From Myxococcales bacterium (GTDB lineage: Bacteria > Myxococcota_A > UBA9160 > SZUA-336): a DNA stretch of 64,000 nucleotides. The translations under genes and the position numbers were made by a program. A model generated the notes under the pieces. The model did not search any database, was not told where the DNA came from, and was given only the letters and a program-made list of their open reading frames with translations. The stretch is from assembly GCA_013215565.1 (NCBI GenBank), contig JABSQV010000130.1, positions 8,880 through 72,879 on the forward strand. Reading direction: 5' to 3'. Shown here one piece after another: positions 36,408 through 47,428 of the stretch (positions are counted from its first letter, which is position 1; every line of letters begins with the position of its first letter).

Positions 36408-39307
36408 TGGTGCGATGCTCAGGACGGGCGGGTCTTCATCTTCGGTGCTCACGGTCATCTCCTCACGGAAGCAGCCGGGGTGGCTGGGAGACAGTCACCC
36501 GCGCACCCCGACCTCGTTCTGGTGTTCGAGCGGGAAGTCGTCCGCCCGAGGAGAGGCGTGCCCTCTCCTCGCCGAGTTGTTGCGAACAATGGCGAAGCCC
36601 GCGACCCACATCGGCCAGGTCATCGGCATCATCCCTCAGAGCCCTGGGCCACCGACTCGCAGACCGACTGGATCTGCTTGTCGAGGTCAGCGTGGGCTGT
36701 GCCCTCAAGCGCAGCCTTGAACGTCCCGCTCTCGGTCACCTCGCCGAGAGGACCGCTATCGACCATGTTCGCCCTCACGGCGATGTAGGCATGACCGTCG
36801 AAGGCGAGCAACTCGGCGAGTTTGCGCAGCAGGTGCTCCTCGGCACCGGGGGGCAGGGTCTGCAGGACGTAGATGCAGATCACGGTGTCGTACCGCTCAC
36901 GGTGGAGACCCTTGTCTCGGTGATTCGGATCCCAGCCTCGGCGGTTGCGCCTTTGGAGAGCAGCCCGTGGGTCGCGTTCTCCATCCACATGCGTTCGATG
37001 ACCTCATCGGTCAGGTCGTCCGAGATCGTGTCCCAGACCAGGACGCGGACATCGCCCCAGACGGTCGCCCTGATCGGCTCGTAGATCAGCCCAGTCCAAC
37101 TCGCCTCGAACTGCACTGGCGGCGGGGGCTCGATGGTGAAGGCGCCGGTCGCCTCGATGGCCCTGATCTTCTCGAACAGGAGCATCAACTCGATCGAGCG
37201 GATGCAGACCATCCACTCACAAGCCACCATCTCGTCGTCGGTCTTGTAGACCCGGTACGCCTTGGCGTTGAGGAGCAGCCCGACCACGTTGATCGGGAGT
37301 GGGATCGCTGGCAGCAGGCTCATCAATGTGCCAACCCCTTGACCACTTCGGTGTGACCCGCCTCGGCCTGCTCGCGGGTGCAGTAGCGGCGACCGATGTG
37401 ATCGAACTCATCGCTCTCACCGAATACCATGGTCTCGTAGAGCACGGGTGCCGCCCCGCGTTGGAAGGCATGATCGATCCCGAGAAACACGGTCGAGACC
37501 ACGACCTCGGGCGCGACTTCAGTCCGAGCTACGGTTCGGCGATCAACATCGTTGAACCAAGCCGCCCACTTGAGCGCGTCGGGCTCGGCAACAGGAACGC
37601 CGTCCACCTCGATGTAGTACATGCTCACGACGCCGCCCCAGCCCAGCCGGCGTCGTCGCCGTCGGTCGGCTCGGTCGACTTGGTGGCGGCCGAGAACGTG
37701 CCGTCGGTGAACTCCGAGAGCGGTCGGCAGTGGATCCCGCTGGGGCCTGAGTAGACCACGCCGGGACATCCGTCGATCGGGTTGTCGCGGCACTCGATGG
37801 TGCAGGGACCGATGACCGTGTAGGTCTCGCCATCGGAGTGCGTCCACTCGCTGCCCTGTGCGGGCTGTTCGCCGACCGTCCTGAACAGCCGCAGTCCCTC
37901 ACGGACCTTCCGTCGGAGCTCCGACGCGGTGTCGTCCCGAGTGAGGTCGCCATGACTCGGGCCAGGCACGACGCTGCCGTCCTTCATGCAGAACAGGCCG
38001 TCCCAGAACACGTCCTGTGTGCCGTCGCGATGCCTCACGGCGACACACGGGGTGAGCTGGTACAGGCAGACGGCGCCGACGCTCTTGGCGAACTTGCCGA
38101 CCAGCGTGCCCATCTTGGTCGCGCCCTCCTCGATGGGTTGCCCCGACGCGATCCGTGAGGCCGCGGTGGACATCTCACGGTGGTCACGGAACTCCTCGGG
38201 CACGTCCTCGATCGGGACGCCGACGTGCTTGGAGAAGATCTCGCTGAGATTGGTGACGTTCTGCATGCTGCCTCCTGCGCCCAGGTATCGGTCAGAGCGC
38301 CTCGCCGTGAGTCAGAAGGGCGCGACGGTCTTGGGCGGGTCGAACGGAACGGCGTCGGCCCAGAGGCGATCGAACTCACGGCGGGTGCAGCGAGGGCACT
38401 GGTACAGCTTGAAGGACGACGTGAACCCGATCGCCCTCTCGGCGAGGCAGTGGCGCCCACAGGCGTAGCAGGCATCGATCTTGGTCAGGGTGTCGAGCGG
38501 GATCATCGGCTCTCTGTAATCAGGCCGGCTCGACGACGGTGATGATCAGCTTCACCGGGACGGCAGGGATCTTGGCTGTCTCCTTGAACTCCCAAGCGTT
38601 GTTGGTGCGGTTGGCCGCGCTGGTCGCCTGACCGCGCTTGTTGAAGATCTGGGCACGCTCGAACGGCACCCACTTGGTCGAGCCGCTGTTCTTGTTCAGA
38701 TACCAGAGCCCGTCCTCGTTGCGGACAGCCCACGCCTCGCGAGTTGGTGCGCTCATTCGACGATCCCTCTTCGAACACTCTCGGTGCCCATCCAGTGTCC
38801 AGACATCCGAGCGAGGGCGAGCAGGGCGACGGCGCCGAGCCCGTAGAAGTAGAAGCCCAGCACCAACGTCATGAAGTAGGCCGTGTCGACAAGCCAGGGT
38901 GTCCATTCATCTCGATCGTCGCTGCTCATCCGATGATCGTCCCGCCCCTCAGCAGGGCCTCGCCGATGGGCGGCAGCGGCACGGGCTTCGGCTTGCCGCC
39001 GACCAGTCGCCACACCTCGTACCGTGAGCCATCGCGGCGCTGATGCAGATCGACCTGGATGCCGCAGCGTGGGATCTGCGCCTGGCCCATGGGGCTGGCC
39101 TGGGCGACCTCGAGGAGATGGCGTAGGGTCTTGGTGTCGGCGATGAAGATCCGGTCACCGGGGTCGTCTGGGCCGCCTGTGGTCACCCTGCGAAGCAGCT
39201 CATCGGTCCCCGGCTTCTGCAGCGGGTTGGGGTTCACCTTGGGTGCGATCTGCGGATGCAGGATCCCCTGTTCGTCGCTGCCCATGTTCTGCTTCCTCTC
39301 TATGAAG

Positions 39308-39365
39308 TGGTGGGTCCAGCAGGACTCGAACCTGCGACTCTCGGCTTAAAAGGCCGGTGCTCTAA
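39308..39365 (-). tRNA. 3' two-thirds of tRNA-Lys(TTT); 5' part absent (pseudo-tRNA or attP-like)
   Basis: TAGAGC-A-CCGGC-CTTTTAA-GCCGA-GAGTC-GCAGG-TTCGAGT-CCTGC-TGGACCC-A-CCA; no matching 5' acceptor strand. Confidence 0.75.
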
Positions 39366-41513
39366 ACTCTGTCCTCTGGTATCGCCTCATCGGTCTGAGC
39401 GTCAGCCGCTCGGTGCATCTCCTCCAGCCGACGCTCAAGCTCACGGAGGGGCAGGCCGGTCAGATCGACCATCTCCTGGGTGACGGGGAACACGGGGAGC
39501 TTCAACCCGTCGTCGTACTGGAGCCAGTTCGTGGCGCCGCGGACGAGTCGTGGCGCCCGTCTGGTCGAGGCGAGCTTGGCGGCGACGGGCTCTGCTCGCT
39601 GATCGGGCCAGGGCTCCTCACCCGCGAGGTACAGCCGATGCCGCAGTTGGTAGACCTCGGATTCGAGGCGTGCATGCTCACGGCGATGGATCGTGTATTC
39701 GAGCCACCAGATGATCGAGACCGCGATGGCGCTGCACAGGAACTGGGTCATTCGATCTTGACCTCGGCGAGTCGGCGCTGGGCAGCGATGAGGCGATCGG
39801 TCTGCTCTGCCGCGAACCGCTGCAGCTCCAGTCGGTCAGCGATGAGCGCCGAGACCTCGTCGTAGCCGAACTCCTCATGCAGGTTCGACTCGCCGCGCTT
39901 CTCCATCGAGGCGATGTCCCTCGGCGAGAGCTTCAGCGAGGGCAGGCCGGTCTTGGGTGGTGGGGTCAGCAGATCGCACGCCGCCTTGGCGCCGAACGCG
40001 GACTCGTAGTCACCCCCGACTGCCACGCCGCTGGGCATGGGCTCGAACACCCTCCAACTCCCACCGAGCTGCTCGACCGTCCAGCCATCGACTCGCTTCC
40101 AGTCACCCGCTTGGTCCTGTGTCCAGATCTCGCTCAGTCTCCAGATCTCGCTCAGTCCCAATCCCATAGCCACTCCTTCAGCTTGGCGGCGACGACCGCG
40201 ACACCGATCACCGTCAGTAGGACGGTGGCCGTCAAGACGAACCCAGCGTCGATCTCCAGCTCACCCGGCGCTCGGGGCACCGATCCACTCATGCTCACGG
40301 CTTCACCTGAGTCACCTTGTGCGGCTGCACGTTGTAGAAGAATGCCCACTCGACGCTGCCGAGAGGACCGATGTACCCGATCGCCGGCGTGGGTCTCCAG
40401 AACGGCCACCCGTCCCACATCCCGACGTGGAGAACCTCGAACGTGGAGAACCCCGACGGGCAGTACCGCCACCCCTCGGGGTCATCGTTCATCTTGAGGA
40501 TGGTCTCCCAGCCTCGCCGCGCGTGGTCGGCATTGACCGCATTGTGCTGAGTGTGATCGTAGTCGCGATCGACGGGGCCGAGGAACTCACCCTCACGGAC
40601 GGTGACGGTTCTGGTCTTCACGGCGACAGGTCCGCCAGCTTGTAGTGCGGGGTGTGGTAGTCGACCGGGTGCTCGCTCTCGGTGGCCTGGCCCTGGATCT
40701 TGCCCCAGGACACCGTGAGGGGATCGTGGAGATCGATCGACTCGCCATCCTCGCCCTCCAGCTCGGTGTTCCACGACTTGAGGCGCTCCTCGGCATCGGC
40801 GCGCGCTGCCTCTTCGGACACGTGGGCGGTGAAGCCCTCCTCCTCGTCGTATGCGAACCATTGCTTGCCCATGATGTCTCCAAATTTGCGGTGAGCGACG
40901 GGTACTGGATGTACCCACTCGGGGATGGGGTTGAGTTAATTGCCAGAGGCGACGGGTCTGGGCCACACGGTCTTCAACCGGACCTCTCGACTATCGCTCC
41001 CAAAGTTGTGATCGCCATACACCAGTGTGTCGCCGTCCCAGCCCTTGATCCGACGTTCATCGGTTTGGACTTCACGCGCCTCGGCGTGGTCGGTCATCAT
41101 CTCGCTCGAAACGATGTCATGGACGCTCGACTTGGCGCGCACCTCGCTCTCGGCCAACACGTAGGCCGACACCTGAATGTCCACGCGGTAGAGCTTCATC
41201 GGTTTGGACCGACGCATTCGAGGTCGTCGAGGTAGCCGTAGGCCAGGTAGCAGGTCGTGCCGTCTTCAAGCGTCACCCTCCACAGCCCAGGGATGAAGCC
41301 CGAGCCGCCGTGGACGTTCTTGGGGTTGACCACAGGCTCCCACTCGGCGATCGGGTCGTCGGTGATCTGATTGGCGACGTTGGGTCCGATGGAGATCAGG
41401 ATCGCTACACACCCAGCCATGAACAGGCCGATGGTGGCCGCGATGCTGATCCGAAGCTGTTGGCTCGTCATGACGCCCTCCTGCTGGGAGGTATCGGTCT
41501 GCAGGCGCTGCCG

Positions 41514-42014
41514 TCAGTCGGTCGAGTCGGGCTTGGGCGCTGGCCGCCTGAACCCAGCTCTGGCACCGTACCTGACTCGCCGGCGCAGGGTGTCGCCGAG
41601 AGCCTCTTGCATCAGATCCGGATCGATGACGACCTGGACCACGATGCTCTGGGCAGATCCGTTCCTCACCCAGCCCTGCCGACCGCCGCGCATGGGTGCC
41701 CCGGTCGCGGGCGAGATCGTTGGCTCTCGCCGTCGGACCTCAAGGTGTTCGATGAGGTGCTCGTAGGCCGAGATCACGTGGAGCGACCGCTTGCCGCGCA
41801 GGGCGAGCTCCATCTCAGTCGCACCTGGCCCAGCGAGGTCGGGATGGCACTCCTTCATCAGCTCGCGGTAGCGCGACTTGAGCGGTCCCGACTTCCAGTG
41901 GTCGAGCAGAGTGGCGGCCTCAGTGTACAGCTTGCACTTGCCGAGGGGTGGCGGCTCGATCTCCATGACGGCGATGGCCTCCTCCAACGTCATCTCGGCA
42001 CGACCCGTTGTCAT
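41514..42014 (-). CDS. J-domain (DnaJ-like) protein
   Basis: LKSRYRELMKECHPDL...VISAYEHL. Confidence 0.75.
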   Translation of the reverse strand: MTTGRAEMTLEEAIAVMEIEPPPLGKCKLYTEAATLLDHWKSGPLKSRYRELMKECHPDLAGPGATEMELALRGKRSLHVISAYEHLIEHLEVRRREPTISPATGAPMRGGRQGWVRNGSAQSIVVQVVIDPDLMQEALGDTLRRRVRYGARAGFRRPAPKPDSTD

Positions 42015-42133
42015 TTCGCGCGCCCATCCCCATCGGTGCGCGACTCCTCAGGCCCCAACACCCAGATGGTCGGTCCAACCTCGTCATCGGACAGCGCATA
42101 GGTGCGCGACTCCAGGCAGTGCGGCATCCGCGA

Positions 42134-42973
42134 CTATTCCCCTCCGGCCGCCTTCTTGGGCAGCTCGACTACCTCACCACCCTGATGGAGCCCGTCCTGA
42201 TCGACTTGCTCCCGCGTGACCAGCGCGCCGAGGATCGCGGACAGCTCCAGCGTGTCCTCGTACATCGCGGTCACGGTTGACGTATTCGCCTGCTTGGCCA
42301 TGCGCACCCTCACGGTCTCGACGATCCCGCCACCCATCGCAGTCTGAGCCGGGGGCAGCAGAATGTCCGCCAGCTCGTTGCGAGCGCGCAGGAACCCAGG
42401 CAGGTCGCGCATCGACAAGGTGGCCTCGCCTTTCGCGACCTTCTGGGCAAGCGTCCCGATCGCCGCATCCAGCAGGCCGAGGTGTCGGTGGGCGGTGACC
42501 TGATTGTCATCCCGCTCCAGCAGGTGCCTCTTGACGGTCTTGGCTGCTTGACCCTGCCGCCCAGGCTTGGGCGCGACCTCGTTCGGCAGGAAGGGCACCG
42601 ACATATTGGCTTCGACCGCAGCGACCTCACGCTGTCCCCAACGACCCAGGTACTTGGTGCGATATACGCGCATGGCGATTGCCTGCGCTGTCCCACCCAG
42701 CTCCTCAACGCGGCTGATCCAGTCGTTGCGCTTCTTCCACGATCTGATCGTCGAGTCGGATCGATGAACTGCGGCAGCAGCGACTCGGTAACTCCGCTTT
42801 CCCTCGTCCTGCATCGCCCAGAGCAGTAGGGCTCGGTGTTCGTGGGCACGCTCTCCGGGGTGCTTTTTCGACTTGATCCTGATGTCGAGAGAGCTGGGTT
42901 TTGAGGCCGACAATGCGGGCGCGGACTGTTGGTTTTTGCTCTTTGCTGCGCTCTTGGTCTTGGTCTTCGACAT
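42134..42973 (-). CDS. HTH protein, candidate terminase small subunit
   Basis: RSYRVAAAAVHRSDSTIRSWKKRNDW HTH followed by helical region. Confidence 0.5.
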   Translation of the reverse strand: MSKTKTKSAAKSKNQQSAPALSASKPSSLDIRIKSKKHPGERAHEHRALLLWAMQDEGKRSYRVAAAAVHRSDSTIRSWKKRNDWISRVEELGGTAQAIAMRVYRTKYLGRWGQREVAAVEANMSVPFLPNEVAPKPGRQGQAAKTVKRHLLERDDNQVTAHRHLGLLDAAIGTLAQKVAKGEATLSMRDLPGFLRARNELADILLPPAQTAMGGGIVETVRVRMAKQANTSTVTAMYEDTLELSAILGALVTREQVDQDGLHQGGEVVELPKKAAGGE

Positions 42974-43082
42974 CGGGTTGTCCCTGCTCGCTCCAATTCT
43001 ATCGCGATCTGGGCGAGCCTGCGCTGAGCCGCGCGATGGGTGCGCGGTTTCGCGCACCGGGTGCGAGATCATCGCGCACCCG

Positions 43083-43541
43083 TCATCGGATCTCATCCAC
43101 CGTCCAGTCCTTCGGCACCGTGCCCTCTGACCACAGCCACTCGACCGCAGCCTTGATCACGTCCGCGTGGCAGCTCTGCGGAGCACACCAGCACCCGAGA
43201 GAGATCCCATCGAGAGTGAGCGAGTACCGCATCACCTTGGACAGCTCAGCCTCAACCTCGGGAGCGTGTGTCGCCATCTCCTGCCAGAGCCATCGCTGGT
43301 AGCGTCCGATGCAGTCGTCCCGCCCGTTGCAGTCCTTGAGCTTGAATGGGTTGGCGAGCGGCGACCTCGGGTAGAGGAGTGCCTTGCGTCCACGCATCCC
43401 GCGACCGACGTAGTGCCAGTGAGGGGTGGGCCAGGTCGAGATCGGGTGCTTGACGTTGACCACGTGGATGATGGGCTTCGGATCGGCCCGTCGCTGCTCG
43501 ATCCGCTTCGCGCGGTCTTCTGCCATCTGCTGGAAGTTCAC
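43083..43541 (-). CDS. DUF4326-like protein
   Basis: YVGRG...SPLANPF...LGCWCAPQSCHADVI. Confidence 0.8.
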   Translation of the reverse strand: MNFQQMAEDRAKRIEQRRADPKPIIHVVNVKHPISTWPTPHWHYVGRGMRGRKALLYPRSPLANPFKLKDCNGRDDCIGRYQRWLWQEMATHAPEVEAELSKVMRYSLTLDGISLGCWCAPQSCHADVIKAAVEWLWSEGTVPKDWTVDEIR

Positions 43542-44384
43542 ACTGCCTCCACGCCGTCGAGCTGGCACCAGCGGACGAACGCGGTGCGGGTGATCAGGAT
43601 GTCGGACCCGTTCCGCAGATGGAGCTCCAGCTTGACGACCTCGAGGATCGGGATCGGGGTGAAGCGGACGATCCGATGCATCAGGAAGCCCGCCGAGGAC
43701 AGCACCCCACGCCGAGGCGCCTTCTCGGCCTTGCCCATGCGGTGCCAGATCCCAACGATGAGGTACACCCCGGTCGAGTTGCTGAACCGGTCGCCGATGT
43801 CGATCTGCTCAACCCTCATCGGCGTACTCAGGCAGGTGCTTGCAGCACTCGCAGATCCACTTCCCCGAGCGGTAGACCCACCCCTCCGCGATGGCCTGTT
43901 CGGCGACCTGCCTTTCCGTGTTGCCCTCGGACGCACACCCCGAATTGGCGTGGCAGTCCTCATCGCTGCAATCGACGAAGATCTCGATCAGCACCTCTCG
44001 GGTCAGGTGCTTCAGGGCGCCCCTCGGTACAGACATCACCAGTCTCCGATCTCGGACTTGGCCTCGGCCACCAACGCGGCCACCTGCTCCTCGAGCCACC
44101 CGGCCATGTGGGTGCGCAGCTCCTCGGGGATGATCCAGTCGGGGGTCTTGGTCTGCTTCAGCTTCAGCCCGATCTGGTTCTCGTCCCTGAGTCGAACGGC
44201 GACCTGGGCGAACTGGGCCGCGCGGGTGAGCAGCTCTCGCCGTCGCCGGGAGTCGTTGTCGCGCCGGTAGAGTTGATCGCTCACCAGATTGATCAGCTCC
44301 TCGACATCGGTGGGCGGCAGTGCGGGTTTGGCTTTGGGCATGTTGGTCCTCTCAGAATGGGATGCCCTGTTCGAGGGCGCTCCA

Positions 44385-44587
44385 ATGAGCCATCTGGTGA
44401 CACCGACAGACCGATACCAATAGGCAGAGGTGAGGTTGCGGGCCTTGGTCTTGGCTTCGCGCTCGATGCGCTCGGTGCGCTCCCGCTCCTCACGGAGTCT
44501 CCGCTGTCTCTCGGTCAGGGGTTTTCGGCGTCCCATGCTCACCTCTGCCTATTGGTATCGGTCTGTCGGTGTCACCAGATGGCTCAT
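44385..44587. repeat. Perfect 50-bp inverted repeat with 103-bp spacer
   Basis: 44385-44434 is the exact reverse complement of 44538-44587. Confidence 0.9.
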
Positions 44588-45514
44588 GCCGCGTACTTCG
44601 CGAACCAGCACGGGGAGCAGACACAGATCACGATGGCCTCCCCAGACACCTTGGCGCGGTCTCTGACCTGCCGCTTGGGCATGAGACCGATCGGCCTGAA
44701 CCCTGCGAGCGAGCCCGCCTGGGTCGGGAACTCCAGCAGTCGGTGCTGGCACTCTCGACACCAGAGCAGCTCATTCGGCAGCATCGGTCTCGGTCTCGGT
44801 CTCGGGGATCTCGACCCACCCGTGGTGTTGGGCGACGGCCTCGGCCAGGTCGACGGCGCGCTCGAACTGATCGGCACCTCGCTCGACCTGATCGACGAAC
44901 CGCTCGCCCTCCTTCTCCACCAGCGCGTAGCCCTGGGTGGCGATGGCGCCGGCGATCCCGTTGAGCACATCGGCGGCGTGCCTGATCTGGGTCAGAGCGT
45001 TGCCCGCTCGCATCAGACCCTCGCCGGCCTTGTCCATCGCGGTCAACCCTTTTTTGCTGGCGTCACCAGCTCTGCCTCTGAGACTCATCGCTGCCCTCCC
45101 TGCTTGCGGGTCCACCACTGGTCGTGCATCCCAGCTGCCGAGAACATGTTCTCCCACTCGGACCAGATCCCACGTCGAACGCGATGGTGGGTCCGGTTGA
45201 CGCGGCGCTGCCACCAGCGAAGGACGGGGCTGGTCGCTCCCTCCTCGATGGCATCAAGCACCCAGAGTCGGCCACCCTCGCGCTCGACCATATGGGCGAT
45301 CTTGTTGATGATCTCCTCAGGCCAGAGTTGTTGCTCCATTCGACCGTCGCCAGCCTGGGCGATGGGCGAGCGGTCGAGAAAGGGGACGTGCCCGTTGTGG
45401 CGAGCGAGGATCGAGAGCGCGATCTGGCGACGATGCCAGAGCACACCCTGAGGGGCGACGATGAGGATTGGGCGGCGGGCGGGCATGTGAACCTCGATGG
45501 GCTGGGGTGGGCGG

Positions 45515-45847
45515 TCAGAAGGGGGCGGTCATATCTTCTTGGGTGATCTGGAAGGTCGCGTCACCAGCAGAGGCGCGAGAGCTGCGCTTGGTGAGGATGA
45601 TCTCGCCCGCGTCGGCGTTGATCCGCAGCTCGAGCCCCAGCTCGGAGAGCAGGATGAACACAGCCGGCCAGGGCGGAACGCGCTTCTCGGCACCCGTGGC
45701 GAAGGAGCTGATCGTCTGTTTGCGGAATCCCAGGTGCTCTCCGAGCTTGACGGAGCTCCGACCGGGCTCGGCCTCGATCCATCTGCGGCGCAGCTCGGCG
45801 AAGATCCAGTTGCGGGGTCGACCTTGCTGGGTGGGCTTCGCGGTCAT
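45515..45847 (-). CDS. Cro/CI-type HTH regulator
   Basis: SSVKLGEHLGFRKQTISSFATG...P. Confidence 0.65.
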   Translation of the reverse strand: MTAKPTQQGRPRNWIFAELRRRWIEAEPGRSSVKLGEHLGFRKQTISSFATGAEKRVPPWPAVFILLSELGLELRINADAGEIILTKRSSRASAGDATFQITQEDMTAPF

Positions 45848-46401
45848 GCTGCTCCTTGCTCTCTTGTGCGGTCCCGCAGCTTGCGGAGTCGCCAGTTGCG
45901 AGCGGCTCGGGTGATCCCGAGCTTCTCGTTGATGTCCTCGGTCGACCAGTCCTCGAGGACGGTCTGCATCGCGACCGTCTGGGTCTCGTTGGCGATGGTG
46001 TACAGCTCGGCGACCCGCTGGTTCGCATCGTGGTGGCGCTCGAACATGGTGACCAGATTGCACATCGGGTCCATGGACGTGACCTTGGTGCGCTGCCGCT
46101 GCTCGATCCCCACGTTCCGCGAGCGCACCCGCAACAGGCGCAGCCGGGTCAGGCTCGCCCGCGACTTGATCCAGGACCTGCAGCCCTGGGACGAGCAGTA
46201 GGGGCACGGCCTGGCCTTGTCGGAGCGCGTCGGGTCGAACAGATCGAACGCGGTGACGAGATCGAGGCAGAGATCCTGCTGGAAGTCGTTGGGGTCGATC
46301 CCGCGAATGCGGAACATGTTCGCGCGGCTGTACCGCTCGATGGCTTGGGCGTGCTGCAGGATGAAAACCCATGCCGGGTTCTCGGTTGTTGGGCGGGTCA
46401 T
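45844..46401 (-). CDS. Sigma-70/ECF-like sigma factor
   Basis: Region 2-like DPNDFQQDLCLDLVTAFDLFDPTR; region 4 HTH WSTEDINEKLGITRAARNWRL. Confidence 0.65.
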   Translation of the reverse strand: MTRPTTENPAWVFILQHAQAIERYSRANMFRIRGIDPNDFQQDLCLDLVTAFDLFDPTRSDKARPCPYCSSQGCRSWIKSRASLTRLRLLRVRSRNVGIEQRQRTKVTSMDPMCNLVTMFERHHDANQRVAELYTIANETQTVAMQTVLEDWSTEDINEKLGITRAARNWRLRKLRDRTREQGAA

Positions 46402-47428
46402 TAGTCGCTGTCTCTCTCTGATGGTTGGGCGGATGGTAACAGATTGTGGGTACGAGGTGTACCCGGATCCCGCGACCTTTCCGGCATCGAAGACCAGAGC
46501 GGGAAGGGTGGGGCATAGCCGCGAGTTTCGATCCAGAGATGGATCATCCCGCCGCGTGCTGCCGCCGAGGGTGTGGGGCCTCCGTCGAGCAGTCGTCGGA
46601 GGCAGTGACTCACGATCGGATCGTTGCAGTGCTCGACGTAGAAGTCCCTGATCTCTTGTCGGATCCTGGGCCACCGTCGCGCCCACCGTCGCATGGTGTC
46701 GATGTCCCATCGGGTCAGACCGCCGTCGCCCTGCAGGGTGTCGATCAGCGCCTCGGCCAGCTTCTCCATCGGCTCCCATCGAGCGATCTCGGTGAGCGGG
46801 GCGATCTCCAGGGAGAGCATGATCAAGCTGGCTGGATCTCCCTTCACCACCCACCTCCATCATTGTCGATATCGATGTCGCACACCTCGTAGTCGGGATC
46901 CGTGCCGCCATCGTCACCCACGGCGTGCGAGCCGTCCTCGGCGCACCTCATGACAGAGAGCGTTCCGCCTCCGCTGAATAGCCACAGGGTATCGGGCCAG
47001 GTCTTGGCGAGGCGCCTCAGGGCGGCGATGGCCTTGGCTTCCTCGGGGGTCAGGTCGTCCTCGTCGATCATGCTGCCACCGACCGCATGAAGACCGGATC
47101 GGTCGCCCCGCCGAACTGGGAGCGGATGATGGCCTCAACCACCGGGGGCGGGACGCTGTTCATTAGTTCGACCCCAGGTAGTCGATGAGGCGCTGCCGCG
47201 TTTCTGTGGGATCGTTCTGCCCTGCGGAGTCGGCCGGGATGTACACGTCCCACCAATCGAGCACCCACGCCTTCTTGTACATCGCATGGGTGATGAACAT
47301 CCGCCCGCCGCGTGCGGTGTAAACACACACCTCGGTGAACCTTCCGTCACTTGCTCGCGGACCGACGTGCTGGTCAACGACCCGCGCGCCAAACTCCCTG
47401 AGCGCCTCTGCCATCAGCTCCTTCATCG

